Below are positions 1 to 9,072 of a DNA stretch of 64,000 nt, piece by piece. The notes beneath the pieces are model-generated. The model was not told the origin of the DNA, ran no database searches, and saw only the letters and a list, made by a program, of their open reading frames with translations. Both the position numbers and the translations under genes were made by a program. This DNA comes from a virus (Duplodnaviria > Caudoviricetes): the IMG/VR virus record IMGVR_UViG_3300016649_000355. The stretch is one strand, 5' to 3'. Positions within the stretch are counted from its first letter, which is position 1; every line of letters begins with the position of its first letter.

Positions 1-2583
1 CCAACCTAAATTTCCAAGATAATTTATATTAGGTTGTGAATTTGTTGTTAATGTACCTGTAAGGTAGTTAGCTGAAACTAGATTTCCCCCTGATACATTA
101 CCGGCATTGACATTTCCTGTAATGTTTGCTCTGAGTAAAGTAGTATTACCTGTACCAACTAAATTAACTGTTTGTACAGTATTTGTAGCGGTTATAGAAG
201 AAACATTGGCATTCGCGTTGACTAATATATTATTAGTTGTAATGTTTCCTGATACAGACAAATTTCCTAAAGTACCAACTGTTGTGATATTTGATTGCGC
301 TGCTAAAGTTACATTACCTGCATAACTTGCGAAATTAGCGTTAGAAATATTACCGGTAATATTACCTATAAAATTAGCTGCTGTTATATTTCCAGTAACT
401 GTTAAATTGCCAAGCGTACCTACATTTGTGATTCCGGGTTGATTACCTGTAGATAATATACCGCTCACATAGTTTGCTGATATGTTTCCACCGGTGATTA
501 AATTGCCAACAGTTGTATTACCTGATACTGACAATGAACTCAATGTACCTACACTAGTAATATTTGGTTGAGCATTTGTTGTTACTGTGCCTGCTGTATT
601 CGCTGATCCGGCACTTATTGCATAAGTTGCATTTGCGACTGTACCGGTTACATTAGCACCGGCAACTGAGTTCGCACTTGCTGCTACCGTAGCACTATTT
701 GCAGTATTCGCTTGTCCCGAATTCAATGCATAGTTTGCGTTTGCTACAGTGCCGGAAACATTAGCACCACTTACTGAATAAGCAATATTTGCAATATTTG
801 CAATATTTGCAGCAGAGACCACGCCAGTTACATTGGCTCCTGCTACCGAGTTAGCACTTGCAGCCACCGTAGCACTATTTGCTGTATTAGCTTGACCAGC
901 GTATAGCGCATAGTTTGCATTTGCAACTGTTCCGGAAACATTTGATCCACTTACTAGATACGCAACATTTGCTATAGCCGCTAAATTTGCGTAATTTGCA
1001 GTATTAGCAAAATTAGCGTTGCTGATGTTTCCAGAAAAGTTACCAATAAAGTTATTAGCACTTACATTACCTGTTACTGATAAATTTGTTAATGTTCCAA
1101 GGCTCGTTATATTTGGTTGACTATTTCCTACTACTGAATTTGCGAAATTTGCCGAATTAGCATTGGTAACAGTGCCAATGAAATTGCCTAAAAAATTCGC
1201 TGCTGTTACATTTCCTGTTACTGATAATCCTGTTAGTGTTCCTAAACTAGTGATATTAGGCTGTGCTGCTGTTGTAAGTATACCGGTAACTAAATTACTA
1301 ATTAATCGATTAGCGTATACATTATTACCTACATTAGCATTACCTGTTACTATTAAATTGCCTAAAGTTCCTACGCCGGTTATGTTTGGTTGATTGTTGT
1401 CTATAATTTGACTTGCGTAATTAGCAAGATTAGCATTAGATATGACACCAACAAAATTACCTACGAAATTACTTGCACTTATATTTCCCGAAACATTTAA
1501 TGTAGTTAAAGTGCCTAAACTTGTGATGTTAGGTTGTGATGCTGTGCTAATTACTCCCACTATCGTGTTTGCTGTAAGTCTATTGGAGGTAATATTATTA
1601 CCAACTGCAAGATTAGAAACTACATTTAAATTTTGTAAATTTCCTACTGTTGTTATATTTGCTTGGGTAGCAGTAGTCAAAATTCCAGATAGATAATTTG
1701 CTGTTACTAAGTTGCCACCGTTTACATTTCCAAAAATTCCATTTCCTGAAACAGTGAGATTGCTTAAAGTTCCGATTGAAGTAATGTTAGGCTGAGCAGA
1801 TGTTACTAATGAACCAGTTAATAAATTAGCTACTACATTATTTGATGTGATATTTCCTGTATTAGCATTTAAAAAAGAAGCATTACCTAAAACAGTTAAA
1901 GTAGCAAGATTACCTATCGATGTTATATTTGGCTGTGCACCGGTCGTTAATGTTCCTGTCAAAAAGTTTGCTGAAACATTATTTGCATTAGAAATATTTC
2001 CTACTAAATTACCTATAAAATAATTTGCTATTGCATTACCGTCAACAGTGATGAGGTCGGTAAGTATTTCAGCTACATCGATAGTCTGTGCTGATATATT
2101 TGAAACCGCCAAAAGTTCGAGGGCTGAATTATAGAAAAAGTTAGCATCGGCGCCTAAATTACCATTATTATTATATTGTATCTGCTGATTTGATCCTGCA
2201 GCAGATACTTGAAATGTGAATGGATCCCCGTTACTATCTAGATAATTGTCAGTAAGTATTCTAGTTACAACAATATTTCCCGACAATGATAATACATTAG
2301 AACTGTAATCAAACTGGAATGCATCGCTAGCACCGGCATTGCCTTCTTCATTAAAAAGTATAGATGTATTTGTGCCAGGCACTACAAAATTGCCTGATAC
2401 ATTACCTATAACATTACCTAAAAAATATGATGCTGTTACATTTCCTGAAACATCAATTATATTTGATGTTAAGTATGCTATAACCGCGCGGTTAGAGGTT
2501 ATGTTTCCATTGGCATCTACAACTGTGATAGGAGGTATACCTACAGAATAGCCACCTAATGTATTAAAGAGTTCAGCAGACAT
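1..2583 (-). CDS. Asn/Thr/Gly-rich repeat fibre or virion surface protein, partial (runs off the left edge; 861 codons visible)
   Basis: Not in the ORF track. Hand translation from ATG at 2583 (MSAELFNTLGGYSVGIPP...) stays open to position 1, with many (A/S)QPNITS(V/I/L)GTL repeats. AGGAAC SD at 2590-2595 and a GATAAATA box at 2613-2620 upstream. Confidence 0.9.
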   Translation of the reverse strand, partial: MSAELFNTLGGYSVGIPPITVVDANGNITSNRAVIAYLTSNIIDVSGNVTASYFLGNVIGNVSGNFVVPGTNTSILFNEEGNAGASDAFQFDYSSNVLSLSGNIVVTRILTDNYLDSNGDPFTFQVSAAGSNQQIQYNNNGNLGADANFFYNSALELLAVSNISAQTIDVAEILTDLITVDGNAIANYFIGNLVGNISNANNVSANFLTGTLTTGAQPNITSIGNLATLTVLGNASFLNANTGNITSNNVVANLLTGSLVTSAQPNITSIGTLSNLTVSGNGIFGNVNGGNLVTANYLSGILTTATQANITTVGNLQNLNVVSNLAVGNNITSNRLTANTIVGVISTASQPNITSLGTLTTLNVSGNISASNFVGNFVGVISNANLANYASQIIDNNQPNITGVGTLGNLIVTGNANVGNNVYANRLISNLVTGILTTAAQPNITSLGTLTGLSVTGNVTAANFLGNFIGTVTNANSANFANSVVGNSQPNITSLGTLTNLSVTGNVSANNFIGNFSGNISNANFANTANYANLAAIANVAYLVSGSNVSGTVANANYALYAGQANTANSATVAASANSVAGANVTGVVSAANIANIANIAYSVSGANVSGTVANANYALNSGQANTANSATVAASANSVAGANVTGTVANATYAISAGSANTAGTVTTNAQPNITSVGTLSSLSVSGNTTVGNLITGGNISANYVSGILSTGNQPGITNVGTLGNLTVTGNITAANFIGNITGNISNANFASYAGNVTLAAQSNITTVGTLGNLSVSGNITTNNILVNANANVSSITATNTVQTVNLVGTGNTTLLRANITGNVNAGNVSGGNLVSANYLTGTLTTNSQPNINYLGNLGW
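640..960 (-). repeat. Internal ~180-bp (~60-aa) tandem duplication in the fibre gene, including a (GCAATATTT)x3 micro-repeat at 782-811
   Basis: Two near-identical blocks VSG(S/A)NVSGTVANANYAL..GQANTANSATVAASANSVAGANVTG. The 9-bp unit encodes ANI-ANI-ANI. Confidence 0.8.
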
Positions 2584-2612
2584 TAAAAGTTCCTAAATCG
2601 CACACCATGATG

Positions 2613-2620
2613 TATTTATC
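2613..2620 (-). promoter_or_regulatory. T4-type late promoter box (GATAAATA) for the fibre gene
   Basis: Matches the TATAAATA-like box recurring upstream of structural genes; 30 nt upstream of the ATG. Confidence 0.65.
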
Positions 2621-2673
2621 AAATTATTATTATATAATAAATGGAAAAAAGATTGGAATGTAACTTTATTTTT

Positions 2674-2681
2674 ATTAAATA
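2674..2681 (+). promoter_or_regulatory. Late promoter box (ATTAAATA) 5 nt before the ATG of the HNH-like gene
   Basis: Box, 5-nt spacer, ATG at 2687; no SD. Confidence 0.5.
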
Positions 2682-2686
2682 ACAAT

Positions 2687-3052
2687 ATGTTGACGCAGCA
2701 ACCCAATAGACCTTTTTGCCAGCATTGTAAAATCGTCCTTGCTAAACCTAACGGGACGAGCAAGCACGGATTCAAAAAATGGCACAAATATTGTTCAAGT
2801 TGCTCAAAATATTTTTACGATAAGAAATATAAACATCTAGCAGTTAAGAAATCGATCTGCGATTCTTGTGGTTTTGTTCCAGTCGATATGTGCCAGCTAG
2901 ATTTGATCTATCTAGATGGGGATCAAAATAACAAAAAGAATTCTAATCTTAAAACACTGTGCGCTAATTGCAATAGGTTATTTCAAAAAAATATCAAGAA
3001 GAGCAAAAAGAAACTGTTAGACATAACAGTAGATGCCGATGTGAGACTATAA
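2687..3052 (+). CDS. Zn-binding HNH-fold protein with degenerate catalytic residues
   Basis: Four CxxC motifs (CQHC, CSSC, CDSC, CANC). The HNH core reads DLIYLDGDQNN..N...LCANCN, where active members typically read DHIDG..N..N...LCxxCH. Confidence 0.7.
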   Translation: MLTQQPNRPFCQHCKIVLAKPNGTSKHGFKKWHKYCSSCSKYFYDKKYKHLAVKKSICDSCGFVPVDMCQLDLIYLDGDQNNKKNSNLKTLCANCNRLFQKNIKKSKKKLLDITVDADVRL

Positions 3053-3079
3053 AACAAAAAGCACTCCGAAGAGTGCTTT
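3051..3079 (-). terminator. Rho-independent terminator of the capsid operon (C-UUCG-G tetraloop), probably bidirectional
   Basis: Minus strand AAAGCACTC-TTCG-GAGTGC-TTTTTGTTTT, located between the converging gp23 and HNH-like genes. Confidence 0.9.
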
Positions 3080-3107
3080 CTGAACTTCCCATCCCGAGAG
3101 AAGATTT

Positions 3108-4304
3108 TTACTGGAATGTAAGATTCTGAACTGCGATCTCACCAACATAGTCAGCAGCGTTACCGAATGATGACGCTGTGTTTGTTAATTCGATGTAGCC
3201 GTATCTTGTCATGAATGATACGACTGGCTCGAATGTTGATGGGTCTAGAACAACACCGCTGCTCATTAAAGGAATATATGGGCAGTAGAATGCTGCTGCA
3301 TCAGTCTCGCTTGAACCTTTGTAACCAACTAGAACAGGTTGTGTGTCAGGAGCATATGAGTCAACGAATACACGCATTGCACCGTTCAATGTACCAACAA
3401 ACTTTGTATTTGTTGGAGCTTCGAATGTACCTTCTGTTGTTCTTGCGAAAGCAGAAGTTGTTGCGGACTGTAGAACTGTTAATGCTGCTGAAGATACAAC
3501 TGCCCAGTTACCAGCACCACGACGGGTACGCTGTGCAATCAAGTTTGCAACACGGTTGATTAGAACTGCTAATGCAGCATGCTCGTCACCAACATAAGTT
3601 GCTGTACCTGATACTGTTGCTTGGTTGTATGTGAACTCAGTTGAAGCTAGAGTGCGTAGAGATAATAGGATCTCTTGATCAATTTCAGCAGTGATCTCTT
3701 GTGCTAATGCTGCCATGATCTCTGCTTCAACATCGATACCGTGTTGACTCTGTGCATCTTGTGCAGCTTCAAATGTCCAGCGTGCCTGTAACTTACGGCT
3801 CTTGGCTTCAACTGCCTGACGCAAGATTTGTACGCTGATCTGCTTACCGCCGTTACCTTCTAATGATGCTGTATCAGCACCAGTATAATAGTTAGTGCTT
3901 GTTGCACTTGAAGGAACGCGCGAGTATGCCTGAGCGATTAAGAATGGACTTAATGCTTCTTGACCTGCTGTTACAGATGTTTGTGCTGCTGAGTTATCTG
4001 TTAAAGACTGTGCATATCGAACACGCAATGTGTGGATTTGACCAACTGGTCCTGTCATTGGCTGAACACCAACTAGCTCATTAGCGATAACTGTTGGCAT
4101 TACACGACGGATAACTGGAAGAATCACACGGTTAAGTGTTGCGATGTTTCCTGCTGTTGTTGTACCTGCTGAACTTTCAGCAAGTAACTGCTTTTTGGTG
4201 TTTTCTAAGATAACACCCATAGTTGAACGACGAGTTCCTTTTAAGCCTTCTAGTAGGGCCTCTTTGGTCTCGTTCCAACGGCTTTCTAAGAGTACTTTAG
4301 ACAT
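3108..4304 (-). CDS. gp23: Major capsid protein (T4 gp23 family)
   Basis: Motifs VIRRVMPTVIANELVGVQPMTGPVGQIHTLR, RKLQARWTFEAAQD, AFYCPYIPL, FMTRYG; AGGAG SD; follows protease and scaffold. Confidence 0.97.
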   Translation of the reverse strand: MSKVLLESRWNETKEALLEGLKGTRRSTMGVILENTKKQLLAESSAGTTTAGNIATLNRVILPVIRRVMPTVIANELVGVQPMTGPVGQIHTLRVRYAQSLTDNSAAQTSVTAGQEALSPFLIAQAYSRVPSSATSTNYYTGADTASLEGNGGKQISVQILRQAVEAKSRKLQARWTFEAAQDAQSQHGIDVEAEIMAALAQEITAEIDQEILLSLRTLASTEFTYNQATVSGTATYVGDEHAALAVLINRVANLIAQRTRRGAGNWAVVSSAALTVLQSATTSAFARTTEGTFEAPTNTKFVGTLNGAMRVFVDSYAPDTQPVLVGYKGSSETDAAAFYCPYIPLMSSGVVLDPSTFEPVVSFMTRYGYIELTNTASSFGNAADYVGEIAVQNLTFQ

Positions 4305-4331
4305 TTTATTTTTCTCCTAATCTATGTCAAA

Positions 4332-5432
4332 TTAAAGCCCTGCCAGACGCTTAATTTCGATGACATTATCTTTGCCCTCGAATTCAATTTCGTGCTTTTT
4401 GGCAGATTTATCACCAGTTACTTCAACCACGCTCTCACTAATCATAGCTTTTTCAGCTTTTTTACTAGCTCCAGTGTTTAGAACTGCTGGTAGATACTTA
4501 TCGAAAGATGCTTGCAATTTGGTTGTCTGCACACTTTCAAGTAAACTTCTCATTACTTTAGCTTTCTCTTCATTGAGAGTAGATAGTAGGTCACCCATTA
4601 CCTTCTCACGCTGAACAGATTCTTTGATAATGCGAACTTCACGATCCTTTGATTCAACTAATTTCTTAGTCTCTTCAGTTTGTTTCATTGCTTCGGAAAG
4701 TTGAGCTTCTTTCTGAGCTAACCTTTGCATTAGCTTCTTAGTTTCTGCCTTTTCACTTAAATGAGTGACAGAGAACTCTCCTGCAAATGCTTCAAATATC
4801 TTGCGTCCAAAATTATTTTCTTGGGCAACTTTGATATCTTCTTTAAGTTGTGTTAGTTCATTCCTTAAATGCGATGATACAACAGAACTCAATTTCTTAG
4901 AACTTTCAGCTACAAATTTAGCTTTAAGTGCTTCTAATTGTTTTCTGCCTTCAGCAACTAATCTGACCTTAGCTTCAACAACAGCTTGTTTATCTTGTGC
5001 AAACTCTTTGATTTCTCTTGCAAGTGCATGTACGATAAATTTCTCAAGCTTTTCTTGATTTTCTTTCTGAATCTTACGATCTGCGCGTAATTCTTTGATT
5101 TCTTCTGCTAACTTTGTTACCATAAAATCATTAAACTTTGCTGCATCTTCTTTAAGTTTCATTCTAGCTTTAACACGGTCTTCATTGATTGCTTTTTTCT
5201 CCTCTTGAAATTCTCTAATTTCTTGAGAAAGATTGTCAGTAATCATCTTATCAAGGGCTTCTACCATCACACTTCTATCATGTTCATATCTTTGTGCAAA
5301 CTCATCACGGAGTTCTGCACGAACTTGTTCACGGGCTTCATTGAGTTTTACTTCCCAAGCTTCGTTAAGAGCCTGAGAAACATCTTCGTTGATCAGTCCG
5401 CTTTCAAGTAATGGTTTGATAGCATCTAACAT
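4332..5432 (-). CDS. gp22: Prohead core scaffold protein (T4 gp22-like)
   Basis: Long Glu/Lys-rich coiled coil between protease and capsid genes. Confidence 0.85.
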   Translation of the reverse strand: MLDAIKPLLESGLINEDVSQALNEAWEVKLNEAREQVRAELRDEFAQRYEHDRSVMVEALDKMITDNLSQEIREFQEEKKAINEDRVKARMKLKEDAAKFNDFMVTKLAEEIKELRADRKIQKENQEKLEKFIVHALAREIKEFAQDKQAVVEAKVRLVAEGRKQLEALKAKFVAESSKKLSSVVSSHLRNELTQLKEDIKVAQENNFGRKIFEAFAGEFSVTHLSEKAETKKLMQRLAQKEAQLSEAMKQTEETKKLVESKDREVRIIKESVQREKVMGDLLSTLNEEKAKVMRSLLESVQTTKLQASFDKYLPAVLNTGASKKAEKAMISESVVEVTGDKSAKKHEIEFEGKDNVIEIKRLAGL

Positions 5433-5443
5433 GCTGATTCCCC

Positions 5444-6082
5444 TTATTTGATTTTAAGTTCTGTAATCAGACGAGTTACCTCATCCTTTAGGAACTTTTG
5501 AACTTTTTTGTCGCCTTTAGCTTCTTTAACAACATCCAACACTTTATGACCATTCTTCATATTCATGAGACTTTCATAAATTGCTTTTGGATATGCGTTA
5601 GGAGCACTTGGCTGAGCGACAATATCTACAGTGACGATTTCAAAGTCACTGACACGGCCATCTAGATCGTTTACATTACCACTACCACGACTAGATACAC
5701 CAAGTTTCACACCACTCTCCAACATAGTTCTTACTAATTGACCCATTGGAGTTGGAAGAATTTTTAATTTACCGTACCCATTAGGACCGTCCATCCACAT
5801 ACTAGTAATCATATGAGATACACGATCTAAATTAATCTTGAGATCATCAGGGTGATCTACTTCCCCTAGAACTGAAAAACCTTCTGTGATTTGCTTATTC
5901 AATGTATCAACGGCTGATTCGATCTCAGAAACGGGGTAAACACGCTCGTTTGCGTTCTTTACCCCACCCTGAATAAAGATACCCTTCATATAAAGGGTCT
6001 TAAAGTCACCGTCTTCCTTGACAGACTCTAGAACCATATTAGCTCTATCGAATGTCAAGTGTTCTTTGAGATACAAAGCCAT
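5444..6082 (-). CDS. gp21: Prohead core protease (T4 gp21 family)
   Basis: GIFIQGGVKNANERVYP, GEVDHP, LGVSSRGSG, DIVAQPSAPNAY motifs. Confidence 0.95.
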   Translation of the reverse strand: MALYLKEHLTFDRANMVLESVKEDGDFKTLYMKGIFIQGGVKNANERVYPVSEIESAVDTLNKQITEGFSVLGEVDHPDDLKINLDRVSHMITSMWMDGPNGYGKLKILPTPMGQLVRTMLESGVKLGVSSRGSGNVNDLDGRVSDFEIVTVDIVAQPSAPNAYPKAIYESLMNMKNGHKVLDVVKEAKGDKKVQKFLKDEVTRLITELKIK

Positions 6083-6096
6083 TTGCTCTCAGTTCC

Positions 6097-6894
6097 TTAT
6101 CTTGCTACTGGACTGTGTGTACCAGTCGCGCCATCTTTTGTTACTGGTTTTGGTGTTGAACCTAGATCCTGGCTCTTTTGTCCGGGAGCATTTTTGAATG
6201 ATCCCGCACCCTTTACACTTGTTTCGCCTTTAGTATAAGCATTGCTAGGATTCTTAGGTCCTGTAGGAACAGACTCATCATGACCTGAGAACTTGACAGG
6301 TTTGCTGTCCATCCCTTTTGCACCAGAATTAGCTGCTACCGTGCTTTTTGTTTGTACTCCGTTGTCACCGTGTGTCACGGCAACTTTTTGTAGCTGAACA
6401 GCTTCCATCATAGCTTCATCTTCTTCGCTGTCTGACATTTCTTCTTCGTCACCCATGTCACTACCACTCATGATCTCTTCGAATTCAGCCATTAATTCAT
6501 CTAATTTATCTTCGATCTTAACAACACGGTCTTCTAACTCTTCATTACCACCCATGTCAGCATGATGATCTTCATCGTCATGCTCGTCTTCTAAGTCTTT
6601 TGTTAAATCTTCACCGTCTTCTTCTGCTTCATCATCAAATTTAATATCAGCATCATCTTCTTCTGCTTCTGTCATTCCACCGGCTTCGTCAGCATTAATC
6701 TCATCAAGTAAATCACCTACTTGACCGCCCATGCCTTCTTCCATATCTTCTTCACCCATCATTTCTTCATCCATGATTGACTCATAGATTTCACGGGACT
6801 TTTCGACTACGATTTCATGAAAAAGTTCACGGGCCTGCTCTTCGTTCTCATTGATAATCATATCAATAAGTTGTTCAAATTTTCTGTTATCCAT
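6097..6894 (-). CDS. Highly acidic prohead core or internal protein (gp67/gp68 position)
   Basis: D/E-rich N-terminal two thirds, G/K/S/P-rich tail; lies between portal and protease; AGGAG SD. Confidence 0.6.
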   Translation of the reverse strand: MDNRKFEQLIDMIINENEEQARELFHEIVVEKSREIYESIMDEEMMGEEDMEEGMGGQVGDLLDEINADEAGGMTEAEEDDADIKFDDEAEEDGEDLTKDLEDEHDDEDHHADMGGNEELEDRVVKIEDKLDELMAEFEEIMSGSDMGDEEEMSDSEEDEAMMEAVQLQKVAVTHGDNGVQTKSTVAANSGAKGMDSKPVKFSGHDESVPTGPKNPSNAYTKGETSVKGAGSFKNAPGQKSQDLGSTPKPVTKDGATGTHSPVAR

Positions 6895-6931
6895 TATAAG
6901 TTTCTCCTGAATGAAAATGGCTTTGTAGATT

Positions 6932-6939
6932 TATTTATA
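6932..6939 (-). promoter_or_regulatory. T4-type late promoter, exact consensus TATAAATA, driving core-protease-scaffold-capsid
   Basis: Exact consensus in an intergenic region upstream of the AGGAG SD of ORF 6097-6894. Confidence 0.85.
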
Positions 6940-7022
6940 GCATAGTCATAAAAATAACTCTAAATGTGCTATTTTTTTGCGTTTTTTGTAATATAAATGT
7001 AAAAAACGCTTTGAGTGTTGAA

Positions 7023-7256
7023 TTATAGAGTCGGAGATTGACCTTCAGTAGATGCCTGAGCACCGTATTGTTCTCTTACTTTTTTTAAGTATTCTTTTTT
7101 TTCATAATTTCTAACATCTAGCATTTGTCTAAGCTTTCTTATTTGTTTCAATGTAAGTTTAGTTTTTCTAGATGCTTTCCATGAAGGTTTACTATTATCA
7201 GCCTTTACAGACTGATAACCTTCGATGGGAGGATCAAACATTTCAAATAATTTCAT
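7023..7256 (-). CDS. Small basic head-associated protein (77 aa)
   Basis: Directly downstream of portal; AATAAATA box 5 nt before ATG; amphipathic K/R-rich helix. Confidence 0.7.
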   Translation of the reverse strand: MKLFEMFDPPIEGYQSVKADNSKPSWKASRKTKLTLKQIRKLRQMLDVRNYEKKEYLKKVREQYGAQASTEGQSPTL

Positions 7257-7261
7257 AACCG

Positions 7262-7269
7262 TATTTATT
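7262..7269 (-). promoter_or_regulatory. Late promoter box (AATAAATA), 5 nt before ATG 7256
   Basis: Box plus spacing; no SD. Confidence 0.6.
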
Positions 7270-7270
7270 C

Positions 7271-9058
7271 TTATATAGTACCTGGCCCAGAGACCGTGCC
7301 GGGAACGGGTGCCGCCGGAGCTGATTGCACAGGTCCTGCAACTTCAGGTGCAACTTCAGCATTCAATTCTTCTGTTCCTGATTCTAATTCTTCTCCGGTT
7401 TTTTCATCCATTTCTATATCACCTAATGATATCCCCACACTTCTAAGATCGGAACCCTGTGGGTTATTTAATTGATCTTTATTGTTTTCTTCTCTCCAAA
7501 GCTTTTCATTTCTATTGATCTCTTCTTCAGTAAGACCTAAAAATCTTTCTAATGCAAATCTTTTTGAGATATAAGGAAATGCCTGCATAGTACTGAATGT
7601 AGAAACTCGGGCAGTATCTAATTCGCTTTGACGATATGCAGCAAAGTTTTGAGGAGGATTAAATTCTAGAGAAAACAAACCTGAATCAATATTAAATCCT
7701 CTCCAACGCAAGAATAATTTAAATTCATCGTCTAGTTTCAATGACATATAATTTTGTAGGCGCTCACAATATTGATTGAATCTAAATTCTTGAATCATTG
7801 CAGTGCCCACACGCCCATCGCTTAACGGGGTAGTGTTATCGTCAGGGCCGGTTGGTAAGTAAGAACTGGGCACTCTTAGTCCCCTAGCAAGCCTATTATT
7901 GAAATATCTTAAGTCATCAATTTCACCCAGATTCTGACCTCCAGGTAATACTTCAACACTTGATCCTCTGCCATCTGCGGTGACAGGGAAGAAATAGTCT
8001 TCATTCATTGATAATGGATTATAACTAGCATCTACTACTGATTGTCCACCGTAAATGCTAGGAATTCTTCGTTGGTGAATCTCATTTTTAATCCGTTCGA
8101 CAAATGCCATTGCCATATGACTAGGCATATTACCCACATCGATCTTGAACATTCTTCTTTCAGGTGCTCGTTGTACCCTATAAATCAATACAGCATCTTC
8201 TAAAAGTTCTTTTTGTTTATAGACTTTAAAAATATTTTCTAATATGCTTTGACCAAAAGGCCAAAAACGATCAAGACCCTCAGTAAGACTCAGGTGTACA
8301 ATATGCTTCGCATCAATAGCACTTTCGCTTTGGCCCAATGTAAATCTTGATCCAGATGTATTATAGGGCATAGCAGGGACTGTGTATGGAGTATTTGTTC
8401 CTCCTCCCGTACCTCCTAATCCTGTAGCTGGGTTAGCTGCAAAATCTGTATTTGTTTTTTGAGCAACAGTTAAATTCTGTAGATTGATGTTGATATCTTT
8501 GATAACATATTGCTCAGGTTTCTTACCTTCACTTTCGTTGACTATGACTTTAATAACTTTTACCATGTCAACCCAGTATAACTTAAAGTTCTCAGGATCA
8601 CGCACAAATACCTGATCGCCGTACTTGATCACATTACGGAAAATCTTAAATGCCCTAGTATCCATTTCATTTAATTTACACCATTGCTGCAATTGTGTAG
8701 TAAGTATTTCTATCTCATGAGGAGTAGGATCTTGTTTAAATTCAATCGTGAACGGGGTATTATTATGTTCATTTCTTTGTGTGCTAAATTCTGCAATGAT
8801 GTCTAAACATGCATTGATTTCTGCATCAACATCCATCATTTCATATTGATTATAGCGTTCGATTCTGTTTGGATGACCTGTATAGACTTCAGGTAGTCTA
8901 CTCATGTAGTTCCTGTAGCCCCATTCTGCATTATTCCAACCGCCTGTAGGCATTCCATTTTGCCCGGGACTACCGTTCCACGCACCTGCATTGCTGTTTA
9001 AGCCAGAAATTGGGCTAGATATACCGCTTTTATTTAAAAATTTCTTTTTATATGACAT
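7271..9058 (-). CDS. gp20: Portal vertex protein (T4 gp20 family)
   Basis: EDAVLIYRVQRAPERRMFKIDVGNMP, SMNEDYFFP, GRGSSVEVLPGGQNLGEIDD, LRVPSS motifs. Confidence 0.96.
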   Translation of the reverse strand: MSYKKKFLNKSGISSPISGLNSNAGAWNGSPGQNGMPTGGWNNAEWGYRNYMSRLPEVYTGHPNRIERYNQYEMMDVDAEINACLDIIAEFSTQRNEHNNTPFTIEFKQDPTPHEIEILTTQLQQWCKLNEMDTRAFKIFRNVIKYGDQVFVRDPENFKLYWVDMVKVIKVIVNESEGKKPEQYVIKDININLQNLTVAQKTNTDFAANPATGLGGTGGGTNTPYTVPAMPYNTSGSRFTLGQSESAIDAKHIVHLSLTEGLDRFWPFGQSILENIFKVYKQKELLEDAVLIYRVQRAPERRMFKIDVGNMPSHMAMAFVERIKNEIHQRRIPSIYGGQSVVDASYNPLSMNEDYFFPVTADGRGSSVEVLPGGQNLGEIDDLRYFNNRLARGLRVPSSYLPTGPDDNTTPLSDGRVGTAMIQEFRFNQYCERLQNYMSLKLDDEFKLFLRWRGFNIDSGLFSLEFNPPQNFAAYRQSELDTARVSTFSTMQAFPYISKRFALERFLGLTEEEINRNEKLWREENNKDQLNNPQGSDLRSVGISLGDIEMDEKTGEELESGTEELNAEVAPEVAGPVQSAPAAPVPGTVSGPGTI

Positions 9059-9064
9059 GATTAG

Positions 9065-9072
9065 TATTTAGT
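9065..9072 (-). promoter_or_regulatory. Late promoter box (ACTAAATA), 6 nt before the portal ATG
   Basis: Box overlapping the tape-measure stop codon; no SD before ATG 9058. Confidence 0.65.

Noticed and set aside
107-2551. Four plus-strand ORFs (107, 1163, 1442, 2339) and 2593-2787 minus
   Set aside because: Antisense shadows of the repetitive fibre gene or overlapping promoter DNA; no SD or independent motifs.
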